Below, one piece after another: positions 38,337 to 52,462 of a stretch of 64,000 bases of DNA. The stretch is taken from the NCBI RefSeq assembly GCF_006345805.1, contig NC_043009.1, positions 17,794,001 to 17,858,000 of the forward strand. The letters are read 5' to 3'. Under the pieces are notes generated by a model. It saw nothing but the letters and a program-made list of their open reading frames with translations, was not told the DNA's origin and did not search any database. The position numbers and the translations under genes were made by a program. This DNA is from Octopus sinensis. Taxonomy: Eukaryota. Every line of letters begins with the position of its first letter. Position 1 is the first letter of the stretch.

Positions 38337-41300
38337 CCATCAACATTTAATGTCCATTTTCCATTCTGACATGGGTTGGATGGCTTGACAAGAACTAGCA
38401 AAGGGTGCTGCATTAAGTTCCATAATCTGTTTTGCTTGATGCCCTTCTTTATGCCGACAACTGTGCATGTGTTTTTTACATTTGTCCTGGCCAACTGGGG
38501 AGACAGCATTTTCAGGATGTCACTGTACGGTGCTCTGAGTGTCTATATACAATGTTTGAGTGTTTTATGTGAGAGCATTGATGATTGAGTTGAAAAGATA
38601 TTGAGCAGCCATCAAATATCTTGTGGTACCTAGTTTGAGTAATTGGTACCTAGTCTGAGCATTTTCAAGCAGTATTAGGAACTGTAGGGTTTGAATTTTA
38701 CCATAGCACAAAAATCATGTCCTTCACATGTCCAGGAGATGCTTCATTTTTAGTAATGATAATTAATTCTGAAAATAAAAGGTGTGAAAATTACAGAATC
38801 AGAAGTCTTTCATATTATGTCTGAGCTGGATCTGATCCACTGAATGGATATTTCAATTTTGAAAAGGAACTGGAGGGAAAATGTGACAGCATTGATGATT
38901 GAGATGAAGATATATTGAGCAGCCATCAAGTATCTTGGTGGCACCTAGTCTGTCATTAATTATTGGTACTATATGTACCATTTATCAAATAACTTAACAC
39001 TATCTAGTTAAGTTTGCCCATCCGTCAGTGTTAGTTGAATACACAGTAAAAAATATTTAATTAGAATTAGATACTGAAATTGATGAAGAATTCACCACTT
39101 CATCAAAGCTACTGAACTCAGAACATGAAGACACAAAATACCATTAGCCTGGTGTGTAAACAATTCTGCTAACTGGCTAACCTTATTTACATCCAAATAT
39201 TATCAACCATTCATGTCATATATCCATATAAGTGTTGCTGTTGTCATCATTCCTGGATACATGAACCTTTGATACTAACTTGTCTCCTCAATTAATTTTC
39301 ACTAGATAATGGTGAAGACTACAGAAGAGTAGTGTCTCTCAGACACTTAACTCTATGGAAAGCAAATGAATGAACCAGCTACATGGATCTTTAAGAAAAA
39401 AAACAAAACATTTTTGTATTCCAAAGTAGTTGCAAGGTTAGCAGAAGTGTTGGTAACTGCTAACAGAAAAAGAGTTTCATATCACAACCAGAGCAATACA
39501 TCATAAAGACGTTTATAGATTATTAACAGAATTTTAAATAATATTCTCAGATCAATATTGAACTGGTAAAGTTTTATCAATTTCTACATTGCTTATTTTC
39601 GGTATTTCCACTCACATTTTCAGTCACACTATTTGTTTTCTATTCTGATTGACCATCTATATATCTCTCAGTTTGAAAATGATGTATATTATATGATGTG
39701 TGTGTGTGTGTAAGTGAGAGAGAGAGAGAGAGACAGACAGAGTCAGACAGAAAGACAGAGTCAGATAGAGTGTATGTATATACAAACACATACACATACA
39801 TCTGCACACATACACACACGCATATATTTATATTAATATCTGTTTTTATACCAAGCTATATATAACAACAATTCAGCACTACACTTTGGTATTGCTCAAT
39901 ACTTTTTAATACAATACACATTTATTTATACTTTTACAAGGAAAAAACTGTCAGTAACTTTGAAGTTTCAGCTTGTTTACTTTATATATATAAATGTATG
40001 TATGTGTGTGTATGTGTGTGTGTGTGTGTGTGCATGTATGTATACACACACATATATATACATATATAATATCTATCTATCTATCTATCTATATATATGC
40101 ATGTATGTATGTATGTATGTATGTATGTATGTATGTACGTATGTATGTATGTATATACACACACACACATACATACATACATACATACATACATACATAC
40201 ATACATACATACATACATACATACATACATACATACATACATACATACATACATACATACATACATACATACATACTTACATACACACATAAATACATAC
40301 ATACATACATACATATTATGTTTTACTTGTTTCAGTCATTAGACTGCAACTATGCTGAGGCACCACCTTGAATTTTATGTATATATATATACACACACAT
40401 ATATATGTGTCTGTGTGTGTATATATATATATATATCTCCAGCTATTGGAAGCTTATCTCCCTACCTATCTTGGGTATATACCTGTCCTCTTACTTAGCT
40501 ATCTATCAGCTTAAATATTCCTTTATTCTGCTATAGACTTCAGGCCAAAAGCTGTTGCCAGGCTTGGGCACCACCAGTAATAAGTCAAGTACCTCAGTCT
40601 CAATCCTATCCTCTGCTTGTATTTGCGTTCATACCTCCTTGTCTACACTTTGTATATCTATCAATCTGGCTTTTTGGGGGCATGTGTATCAGAGCAACAG
40701 AAAGGGAGATAGAGAGAGAAAGGGAGAGACAGAGAGAGAGTGGGGAGAGAAATAAAGAGAGAACTGTAGACTGGCAGAAATAGATAGATAGATAGACATA
40801 GACACATACATGTAAATATGGGTATAGACACATACACATACACAAACACACACACACACACATACACACACATACTACCACTTCCTTCCCCCAGATGCTG
40901 TTAACCCCAAAAAATCTGTATTGACACCAAATTCTTTAAAATAAAGCAGAGTGAACGTGGTTTGAAAGTTTTATTGATAAATTGGTCAGGTGGTTATCAA
41001 TTAGAAATATACAACCACACACACACACACACGCGCGCACACTCTATCACACACATGAGTATATAGCTATATACACCCACATACTATGCATGTGTTAGTG
41101 TGTAAACACACACATAGATTTATACATAATACTGTCTGGACATAATACATTTTTTCCTATTAATTACATACACAGCCACACACACACACACAGCCACACA
41201 CACACATGCACCCACACACTTTATCTCGTTCTTTTTCCCTCCTTTCTCTTCCTCCTTTTCACATTACCATTGCTATTTCCTTGCTCTTTTCTTTTTATCT

Positions 41301-41401
41301 CTCTCTCTTTTTCCCCCTCTGTTTTAATCTTTCTCTTTCTCTCAGTTGATCGTGTCTGAATGTATGAATGTGTTTCTGTTTATTTCTATGAGGTGTGTGC
41401 A

Positions 41402-41437
<36 letters not shown>

Positions 41438-41820
41438 TGTACGTGTGTGTGTGTAAGTATATGCGTGTCTGTGTTTGGTGTGTTAGTATGCGTGCATGTG
41501 TGAGTATGTGTTTATGTGTGTGTGTACAGAAATGTTTAATTTTACATGTAAGTGTGAGTGAGTGTGTGTAAGTGTGTGTGTGTGGGGGGTGGGTGTATTG
41601 CTATGTATCAATGAAGAGGTGGTAGAGGAGAGGAAGATTCACAGCAGGGGTGGAGGGGAAGGAAAGCAGCAAGTTGATGATGTTGTTGTTGAAGATGATG
41701 ATCATGATTGTGATGTTTAAGGTGATGGCCATGGTTTTGATGATAATGATGATAATGGCGATGAAGATGGGGTAATAGTAATGATGGTGATGATGCGAGG
41801 GACCGTGAGGGTTATGATGG

Positions 41821-41851
<31 letters not shown>

Positions 41852-42611
41852 GGTGGCGATGGTGGGGAGTGATGATGACAATGATGATGTAATTATTGAA
41901 AGTGAAATGTTTTGATTGCAAATTAAATTTATATTTGTGGACATTTATCTTCATTCTCACATAATGTATGAAGCCGGAGATTTTTTTTTCGATTCACACA
42001 TTTCATACTTCTTCTGCTCCAGACTGACAGAATAACAAGAAAATCTCCTCTATATCATTTTTTTTTTTTTGCCTTTATCTGGAAGAAGAGTCTGTGCTTA
42101 TGGCTTTCCCAGTTCCTTTGTAACCAGTGAGGTCGAGCCATGAACAATTTTTCTTCTGCAGAAGCAAGCTGGTAGCTTTAGGGAAAGGATGTGCTGGGGT
42201 GGACAACTCCAGAAGACCTATGTTCTGAGAAATAAGGGCTGGGATTGGCCTGGTGGGGGAAGTTCCTGAATGGGAGGTGGTACAAGAGTAGCCAACTTAG
42301 AGGAACAGAACTTCTGTAGTAGCACTAGAAAAGCAGAGAAAGAGAGAGAAAGAGAGAGAGAGGGGGAGGAGAGAGAGAGGGGGCGAGAGAGAGAGAGAGA
42401 GAGAAAGGAGGCAGCACAGTTGTGGGTCAGAGGTAGACATGTAAGTGTTTAACACTTGTAAGTGAAGAAGGAAAAAGCACTCTATACGCAAGCAACATGT
42501 GTCATTCTATGGCAGCTACAATGGTATTTTTTCATAGGGTCACTAAACATTTCCCTTTTTACAAGAAATACATAATAGATTTTGGTAATGAAGCATTTTG
42601 CTTTTGTACTC

Positions 42612-42815
42612 AGGCACAGGCTTGGCTGTGTTTCAAGAAGTTTGCTTTCCAACTACATGGTTCCAGATTTCAGTTCCCACTTTAAGGCATCTGGGACAAG
42701 GGTCTTCTACTATAGCTATGGGCTGACCGAAGTCATGTGAGTGGATTTGACAGAGGGATACTGAAAGAAGCCCATCTTGTATGTGTGTGTGCATGTGTGT
42801 GCGTGTGTGTGTGTG

Positions 42816-42863
<48 letters not shown>

Positions 42864-43072
42864 TTTGTGTCTATGTTTGTCCCCCACCACCGCTTGACAA
42901 TTGGTGTTGGTGTGTTTATGTCCCTGTAACTTAGTGGTTCAGCAAAAAAGACCAACAGAATAAGCAGCAGGCTTTAAAAAATAAGTCCTGGGGTTAATTT
43001 GTTCAATAAAAACCCTTCAAGGAGGTGCCCCAGCATGGCAGCAGCCAAATGACTGAAACAAGAGAAAAAAGA
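42612..43072 (+). mobile_element. SINE family 1
   Basis: Same head, body and tail as 31139-31552. Confidence 0.8.
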
Positions 43073-46000
43073 TTAATCTAAAGGGGAGTGTGTAAGTAAT
43101 ATAAAGCACTGGTGAAAAACCTGCCTAGGTTCACAATACAGGTTCAAGTCTTGCTTGTGCTAGACACTTTATATGTCAGTTATTCAACCACGAGAGGGAT
43201 GAGCTCAAGTCGACCATCTTAGCAGTTCACCCCTACATAAATGACTCATAATGGTGACACAATGAAATTTCAAGAATTATGGACCACGGTTTTACTTTCT
43301 TTTTAATGGGAAAGAATGTAACTGGTCCTTAAATGAGATTTTATTTTATTCTATTTGTTGCAATGGAACACCAGACTTTTTCAATTGCTGAATAAGCATC
43401 ACTGCTTATTTTTGATGCTTAGAAGAATGAAGATTGTTGTTGTTTAAGTTCAACTCAATCAGTCCAAGTTGTTCCAATCATGACCATCCCATCTTTTTCA
43501 GGAGTATCAAAGACTACCTTATCTAATGTAGCCCTTTTCTTTATATGACAGTAGGGTGTAATTTGAGGAAGACTTGGCTGCTATTTCTAGCAGGTTGAAT
43601 GGCTACATTGAGGCTCCTTGCTTGGACAATTAGATGTAATCCATAGATTCATTATTCAATTAGTGGATTTGATGCAGTGTGTAACATGGGTGTGTATGTT
43701 GATGATGTGGGGTGGAGATGTATATTAACGGTGGTTGGTATGTTGTGGTACCTTGTGGTAGGGTGTAGTGCAACAATGTGTATTGGTAGTGAACTGATGT
43801 GGTGTCTGGTGTGTTGATGTTGTAGTTTGGTGTAGTTTAATATGGTGGCATGTATTGATTTATGTTTGACCAACATTCCAACCATGACCATCAACAAAAT
43901 AGCTTTTACCTGGTTGTTGTAAGAATGTGATGCTATGCCCAAAAGTGATAACTAATATTCTGTTTGAAGGTTAAGTTAAGAGAAGTTGTATGGAAGAGAA
44001 ATTAGGGATTAGATTTGAGAGCATGCATATGATGTGAAATGTAGTATAGTAATGATGATGATGATGGTGGTGGTGATGATGATGATGATGATTATCATTA
44101 TTATTATTACAAACATTTTTTCTACTAATAGGTGTTTTGAGTGTGTACGTGTGTATTTATATGTCTGGTAGTACATGGGTGTGTTGCATGTGTGTGTATT
44201 TTTGAGTATGTGTATGTGTATAGTACATCCACGTGTATCTGTGTATATGTGTGAGTTCTGCAACTTCCATATTCATTAGGTCCTCCTTAATTCTTCCCCC
44301 TGTCTTCTACTTTCAACCTGACAACAAAATGCATCACTACCATCCATATGCCCCCTCCCAACACCTCCATAAAACCTCCCACATTCTTCAACACTCCACG
44401 ACCACCATCGCCACCACCACCGCTATTAATATCATCCCTATCACACCAACACCAGCCATTCCCCCCCATATGAAGTATTATCACCAACACTGTGACCACC
44501 ACCACCATACCATCATGATCATCCTCATACCATCACAGCCACATCAGCATATATAACCTACCACTTAACCGATCCAGTTTTCTTTGAAGGGAAAAAGAGG
44601 TGACAGAGTGGTGGTGGTGGTGGTGGTGGTGGTGGTGGTGGTGGTGGTGGTGGTGGTGGTGGTGGTGGTGGTGGTGGTGGTGGTGCCTTTGTGTGTTTGT
44701 GGTGCAATGTGGTGGTAGGGATGTGGCGATAGTGGCAGTGGCGGATGCATGGAATTGAGTGATGTGGGGTTGGGGGTGGGGGGTAGCGATGGTGATGGCA
44801 GTGTGGTGCGGAGTTGGTGCTGTGATACGGTGAGAGGATACATTAACTCTACTCTCCAACACCACTCCACGGGTTTTACATTTTGATTTCTTTTTCAGTT
44901 TTAATTTGATTAAAATTGATTTAACTCTTTATTGACTTATTGCAGTAGTAGTAGTAGTAGTAGTAGTAGTAAAAGTAGTAGTAGTAGTAGTAGCAGCAGC
45001 AGCAGCAGTTGTTGGTGCTATTATACAGTTGATGATGATGATGATGATGGTGTTATTGTAAAAGTGCTGTTATTATTGAGTTGATGTTGTTGTTGTGGTA
45101 TTATTGTTGTTATCAATATACAGTTGTTACTGTGCTGTTGTTGTTTTCACTGTTATTCTGTTGTTAATGTCCCATTGTTTTTGCTGTTGTATTATTATTA
45201 TTATCATTATTATTATTATTATTATCATTATTATTATTTTTATTATTATTATTAGTTATTATCATTATCATTATTGTTATTATTATTATTATTATTGTTG
45301 TTGTTGTTGTTACTGTTACTGCAGTTGTTGTTATATCACTGCTCCGACTATTGCTGTTGTTGTTCTTCTTGTAATTGCTACTAATGTGGTCTTTGTTATT
45401 ATTATTATTATTATTACTGTCATTGTTGTTGTTGTTGTTGTTAATGGTTCTGCTGTTGTTGTTGTTGTTGTTGTTGTTCCAGACATTTCCCTCCATAGTA
45501 ACGACCAGTATCTGCTCGAGAGGGCAAAGGAAGTCAACAAGCCGAATCGATGCCGTTCATTTCAATAGATCTAAAGAGTTTTTCTTTCAGCCATTTCTTG
45601 CCAGTTCTTGGCACTCATGAATAAATTAATAATTTCTCACAATGTACTGAGCACCTTTCAAAGAAAAGGATTGCTCTCTTTCTCTCCCTTCTGCCCCAGC
45701 CCTCCCCACACCCATTGCACAAATTAGAAGAGAAATGAAACAACAAGAACAGCAGCAACAACAATAACTAAGAAGTCAAAAGCATTTTCAGCATATGTAT
45801 ATATGTATATATATATTTCTTTTTTTTTTTTAGTATTTATAATTCTTAATCTTCCTGCTTTTTTTTTTTTTCTCTACTGGGGTCTGAAGGTTTCATCTTT
45901 TTTTATTCATTTGACAAAAATGAGACTGACCTCCCCCAGTTCCCCTCCCCTACCACATTCCATTTCATTATCCATGACTAGTCAAAAATATGTTCGGTCA

Positions 46001-46678
46001 ACTTTGGTTCTGGTTAAAAATCATTAAATTCTGCTCCGTTTAACCTTCAAAATGCCAAGTTTTAATATTTTGGAATTTGTTTTTAAAATTCTATTTTTTA
46101 ATTTGCATATTAAAAGTTAGTTGTTGTTGTTCTTATAGTTTTATTAGTTGTTGTTGTTATTCTTGTAAGTTTATAGAGTATTTATATAGTTATTATTGGG
46201 GGGGGGGGGTTCCTCTCTCAAATGGTAATTTAGAGCAAGTTGATGTATTTCAAATTATTTAAGAATGCATACAAAATTTTGCGATGCATTGATAGCTGCA
46301 CCTTGGCATAATGCACTGAGAATAGGCAAGAGTAGTTGTAAATTAAGATTCATTGATGATATTGTTGCAACTTCATAGAAGTATGTTTTTACAAATTTGT
46401 TGAGGTTAAATGAATATGCTTTTAGTAAATTCTAATGGATCCATGTACTTTAGCATTTTTAGGTCAGTTTTGAAAGTAATTTATGAATATGAGTGTTTCA
46501 ATGTGTTCAGCTCATGGCTATACATGTAGATTCTTATCAATATGCATGTATGTGTGTGATGTGTGCATATACATATAGGCGTATGTGTAGGTGTGCGTGT
46601 GTGCATACAGATGCACATACATATATATATGTGCATTTGTATGCACACATATATATATATATGTGTGCATGTGTATGA

Positions 46679-46749
<71 letters not shown>

Positions 46750-46784
46750 CACTTTATTTTAAGCAGCAGAAAATTCAACAAAGT

Positions 46785-46822
46785 CTGTTACTCTGAGTTT
46801 CTCGTTGCCGTTCATCAGACAG
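46785..46822 (-). ncRNA. Minimal type I hammerhead ribozyme (family A; intact core, GUA site)
   Basis: ctgt-CTGATGA-a cg gcaa cg a-GAAA-ctc a gag-TA-acag; palindromic stem III; AATAAA downstream on the same strand (~46753-46758). Confidence 0.7.
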
Positions 46823-46838
46823 TTTTTGCTATATATAT

Positions 46839-46872
<34 letters not shown>

Positions 46873-47063
46873 TACATTTTATAAAGGGCTTAGTAAAATA
46901 AATTACTTTGCCACATACTGAACTCATTAGAAATAGCAGCCAAAAAAATTTTTTTAGCCGAATTCTAATACTTAAAGAAAATTTCTCTCAGATAGTGCTT
47001 ACTCAGAATAGCCCACGAAGGTATGGGGGTAAAAACATTAAAAAATCACAAATGCAAAGGTTA

Positions 47064-47125
47064 TTTGAGAACGTACGTTTCTAGATCAGCCAAATACAAT
47101 TCGACATTTCTTTCGTCAGCCCAAA
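47064..47125 (-). ncRNA. Type I hammerhead ribozyme (intact core, GUU site)
   Basis: tttggg-CTGACGA-aaga aat gtcgaat tgt atttggc tga tcta-GAAA-cgtacg-TT-ctcaaa; perfect palindrome ACGTACGT as stem III. Confidence 0.7.
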
Positions 47126-47443
47126 ATTCCTTAATTCGGATTTGTAAACACTGAAAGTAGGAGCATACCCTTTTGGCGACTTTTCACCTCCGAAGATCCG
47201 TTCAGACTACCAGTGCCAACAAATTCAAAATATGCAAGCGAAGAATTTCTGCCCTCCCCTTTCCACCCACGTGGTCTAATCTAGCAAACACCATAATTTT
47301 ATCGGTGAAAACCGAAGCATTAAACAGAGAGAAATGAATTATAATTTCAACAATTGAGGGTAAAATTAATTAATTATTAATCAATTTCACCAAGTATTCA
47401 GTATGTAAAGGGACCATTTAAGGCGAATTCAAAATATTTTTCA

Positions 47444-47569
47444 GAAGAGGCATCCTCTTGGGATTAAAAAATAAACTTTATGTCAGAAAGGTAACTTAAA
47501 AACTCCGAAGAGGCATCCTCTTGGGATTAAAAAATAAACTTTATGTCAGAAAGGTAACTTAAAAACTCC
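47444..47569. repeat. Exact 63-bp tandem duplication
   Basis: gaagaggcatcctcttgggatt...aacttaaaaactcc twice (47444 and 47507). Confidence 0.9.
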
Positions 47570-48213
47570 AATAGACTGATAAAAAAAAACAGACTGAAAA
47601 TAATACTGTGTTGTTATAATTGATCAAAAATCTTTGAAGGCTGGGGTAAGGTGATACTTCAATGATTGAAACAAGTAAAAAATTAAAGGAATAAAAAATA
47701 TGAATCGGAATCACATTTACCCATTATTAGCTAGAATATTCATAAATGAATTGGCAGAGTTGCTCAGACAATTTACTCAAAGGTGCCATGGTTCAAATCT
47801 ATAGCTGGTGGTGCTTTAGAGTATTCTGCATTCTCCATTGTTGCAATTCACCTATGAATTGGAAATAGGCAGGAGATCAATACGGCAATATTCACCATTA
47901 GACCAGAATTTGCAAACTGTCTTGTTATTGGATCCAGCCTGTGGCTCTTATATATACATATGATAGATAACATATACAATCCATTCAGTATGCAGCTCAT
48001 TATGAAAAAGCTTCCATTTGTCAATATCTTCAATTGCTCCAATGTCGTGTGAAACAAAGGAATTGAAAATTCTGTTGATATCTCATATTGACTTTTGGTG
48101 CAAAATGCATTCTTGGTTATATCAGCAAAATCCCATGTGAGAGTTTCTCCCATAGTATCTACCACAGTATAGTTTGTTTTAACAGAATATTCCCATTTGA
48201 GTGGAGATAAATA

Positions 48214-48758
48214 CAGGGTTATTCAAACAGAAAGAGCAGATTTCAAATTTATTTTTAAAACAAACGCTAAGAGACACAAACACATTCTACATATTTCTTG
48301 ATAGGGGAAGGTTTAAAGTTTATTTTAAGGTAGTATGCACTCAACATGAGCACCATGTGTTGCTTGACAAACAGAAACAGTAGTCTATTTCTTGCCACAC
48401 TCGAAACAACCGATCCGTGGATAGTGTAACAAGCTGGATCTTTATTGAATTGGTGGCAAAATTCACATTGCACTTGCACAATCGATTTTCATTTCTCAAA
48501 CTGCAGCACACAAAAAGACTTTTTTTGTGGCGTCACTATTTTCTAAGGGAAATTATACAACTTTAAATAAAATGAAGAAAATGAAGCAGTAAAACAAAAT
48601 TAAAATATTATTTTATTAAAGGCTTAATTCTGTTGATCATATTCAGCTACAAACTTTAAACCTTCCCCTATCAAGAAATATGTAGAATGAGTTTGCGTCT
48701 CTTACCGTTTGTTTTAAAAATAAATTTGAAATTTGCTCTTTCTTTTGGAATAACCTCG
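48214..48758 (-). mobile_element. Internally deleted Tc1/mariner element (MITE-like) with ~105-bp TIRs
   Basis: TA|cagggttattc...gaataacctcg|TA; TIRs 48214-48320 and 48651-48758; internal KSFCVLQFEK*KSIVQVQCEFCHQFNKDP resembles the N-terminal HTH (DUF4817-like) of these transposases. Confidence 0.75.
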
Positions 48759-49070
48759 TATTACCTGTCAGTATTAATACTGTCTCAGTCACTAATATAT
48801 ATCAGTTGATATCAAGTTGGTCACATTTGATTAGTAAAGGAGTTTGGTGAAGAACCCTTTCTGTGATAAGAGAAGGAAGATTAACTAAGCTTGCCTCAGG
48901 GCAATCTTGATTGTATGAATATGTACGACAATTTGAAAGAAATGTGGATCATTTATTCTATGCAAGTAGCTTGGACCTTTCTTGTCCTTTTTATGCACTT
49001 TGCAATATATGTTTCCTCTACCATTCTCCAGTCACAGCTCCATAGTTCATGTTTATATATACATATTTAA

Positions 49071-49247
49071 AGGACACAATGCATATCATTAAGTGCCACT
49101 AATAATTTCATGTTGAGAAATATCCCAAACATATTCTTCAGGCACAAACCATAAGTAATCATCCCTGTTTGTGCCTGAAGAATATGTTTGAGATATTTCT
49201 CAACATATGAAACTGTTAGTGACACTTAAAGACATGTATTGTGTCCT
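49071..49247. repeat. ~180-bp hairpin, each arm carrying a hammerhead-like motif
   Basis: 49071-49149 is the reverse complement of 49167-49247; right arm gtgc-CTGAAGA-atatgtttgaga tatt tctcaacatat-GAAA-ctgttag-TG-acac. Confidence 0.75.
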
Positions 49248-50424
49248 GGCTTACCGGTTTTCATTCAAACTGTCCAACCCATGCTAGCATGGAAAGCGGA
49301 CATTAAATGATGATGACGACGATGACGATGATGAAGATGATGATATATATACATTATAAATAATGCATATGTACACACATGCACACACATACACACATGC
49401 ACACACACATATACTTTATATTATATTTATTATAAAACACAATATAGCATTATATTATAAATATTAAACATTTAGAGAGTGATTGTCTATTCTAATTGAT
49501 ATCACAAGACATTTCAATTTTGCTCAGAATACAGACTTTCAGTTTTCATTTGTACTGAAGTGAAAGGGGTTAGTTAACCACATTGGTGATTACTTATGAT
49601 ATACAGTGGAAAATGGCTGTTGAAGGGGTTGGATTCTTTTTGATTATGTTTAAACAAATAGATAACTAATTATTGACATAGACCCTTTTGAGGTCAATAA
49701 AATACGTCCCAGTTGAACACTGGGATTGATGTAATCAACTTATTACCTCTCCTGGACTTGCTGGGCTTGTGCCAAAATTTGAAACCAATTATAGACTTAT
49801 ACACACATACACATGCACACACTCACATGTACACAAATGGATACAAATGCATATACATACATATACACATGCACACATATGCACACACACACACACACGT
49901 ACAAGTCTGCATAGACATATATGCAAACACACACATATGCAAGCAGAGATATGTACACACAATATTAACATGTTATTGCTATCCGTCAAGGTTAAATCTA
50001 TTGCCAGCTATCATCTTTTAGGTAGAATATAAATCATGTGGAACCTTTGTGTAGAATTTGTTGTTTGATCATACCTCACATTGTCAGGAGAAAATAGGTC
50101 ATGTGATTGACATTTCAGCTGTTCATGTAAAGATTGCCATTCTTGAGACTACTCACACATCAAAAGCAGCCAGATATTAACCTTAGATTCAAGAAAACTA
50201 TCTTTAGGAAATGTCAAGTTTGGGTTTTACTAGAATCATTGTTTAAGACTTCTAGTACATTGTTTGGTTAAACTTTGTCTGACAAATCTGAAGACTGATA
50301 ATATCTGGTTTCTAAAATAATAGCAGTGTTTCTGAAAATTGAAGAAAAGAGTTACAATACCATGATGTCAACCAATATTGATCAATGACAGATAGTAGAA
50401 GCAAACTGGCTGAGAGGCAGAGAT

Positions 50425-50512
<88 letters not shown>

Positions 50513-50778
50513 TGTGTGTGTGTGTGAGTGTGTGTGTGTGAGTGTGTGTGTGTGAGTGTGTGTTTTCATATCTGTTTCAAGTATTTAGTTGTTATTGTTT
50601 TGCTCCAGGTCTACTCTGGGTCTAAGCCATGATGTCCCATCTTTTTGCATATCAGAGTCTGCAGCATGCAATGTATTTAAAATAGTTGGCAGAGTAAGAT
50701 TTCCTCAAATATATTATTGTAAATAAGCTACAGCTTAAGGCCTTACAATGCTCAGGGGTTTCAAAATAATTATCAAGG

Positions 50779-51180
50779 TACAGGTAGGGCTATGTGGTAG
50801 GAAGGTTGCTTCCCAACCACATGGCTCTGGGTTAAATCCCACTGAGTAGCAAGTGTCTTATACTATAGCTTCAGGTCGAATAAAGCCTTGTGAGTGGATT
50901 TGGAAAACAGAAACCAAAAGAAGCCCATTGTATAGGCATGTGTGTGTGTGTCTTTGTGTCCGTGTTTGTCCCCCACCACCACCACCACCACTGCCACTAC
51001 TTGACAACTAGTTTTGGTGTGTTTATGTCCCCAAAACTTAGCGGTTTGACAAAAGAGAACAATAGAATAAGTACCAGGCTTAAGAAAAAAATGAAGTACT
51101 GGGGTCGATTCATTTGACAGAAAATTCTTCAAGATAGTGGTCCAGCATGGCCACAGTCTAATGAGACTGAAGCAAGTAAT
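50779..51180 (+). mobile_element. SINE family 1
   Basis: Same head, body and tail as 31139-31552. Confidence 0.8.
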
Positions 51181-51869
51181 CGGTAAAGTTAATAGATGTT
51201 CCCATTGTTTGTGAAGATATTCTGGAATAATTTTTAATATGGGGCCTCTACCTTTTCTAAATTAAGGCTTCATCAATAACGCTGATATATTGGGTAAGAC
51301 ATTTGGCTTCTATTTCCAATAGATAAAGTAATTGCATAAAGCTGGAGAGAGAAACCTGTTAAAAAGGTTCCTCAGGGATGAACTACAAATATTCCACAAA
51401 TGCATAAGAACCATTGAAAAACATAGGGAGGCTTTAATTTTACAAATTCATATTTATGTAAATTCTATGAAATTACTATTTCAATGTTATTGGTTTATAT
51501 AGGTTATTGATTTGTATGGATATTCGAGTAGTTTCAAATTGCAGTGTGATAGAGAGTTCACCACCCACTGGCATGATAGAACTCCACTTATATTCTGAAA
51601 GTGTGGAAATGATTCCCTACCATTGGCTTACAGAAAGATTTATTAAATAAGAAGTACTTCACCTAACTGTAAAGAACTTCTAGAAAGTTAACTTATGAGA
51701 GGCTGACATCCTATCCAGTGTTAGTTTTATTTCTCACCTAATTGTATGTGACTTTGAGTGAAACTGGAGTGAAATTATAGTGAAACTAGGGTGAAACACA
51801 TAAAACTGGAGTGAAAAATGGAGTGCAACTGATTGTCTCTACAGTGCATATATAATAGTGTAAATCTCA

Positions 51870-52462
51870 GTATATGCTGACGACCTTGCTTTAATTGCTG
51901 CTGAGTCACTATCAGAACTAGAGGAGAAGTTTCAAGTGTGGAAACAAGGATTAGAATCGAAGGGACTTAGAGTCAACCTAGCTAAAACCAAAGTCCTAAT
52001 AAGTAGGAAGGCAGGCAAACTACAAATCCTTTCAGGTAGATGGCCCTGCTCGATCTGTAGTAGAGGCGTAGGTAGAAACTCTATAAGATGTACCCAGTGT
52101 AAGCTATGGACACATAAGAGGTGCAGCAATATCAAAGGAAGGCTAACTGGGAAGATAGTTTTTGTATGTGGCAGATGCTTGGGAGCAAAAAACACTGAAA
52201 ATGTGCAGAGAACAACTTCCATCACATTTCAGGGAGGAAAACTAGAAGTAGTTGATAGCTTCCGTTACCTAGGTGACCAACTCAGTAGTGGGGGAGGGTG
52301 CACTGAAAGTGTAGCTGCTAGAATAAGAATAGCTTGGGTAAGGTTCAGAGAGCTCTTACCTCTACTGGTGACAAAGGGCCTCTCGCTCAGAGTAAAAGGT
52401 AGACAATATGATGCATATGTACAAACAGCCATGCTACATGGCAGTGAAACATGGGCTTGTGA
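51870..52462 (+). mobile_element. RTE-clade LINE RT fragment with PHD-like finger
   Basis: YADDLAL, GLRVNLAKTKV, CSIC...CTQCKLWTHKRC...CGRC, LEVVDSFRYLG, AMLHGSETW. Confidence 0.9.

Noticed and set aside
45495-45504. RFX-like half site ccatagtaac in a unique island
   Set aside because: A single short motif is not enough to call a regulatory element.
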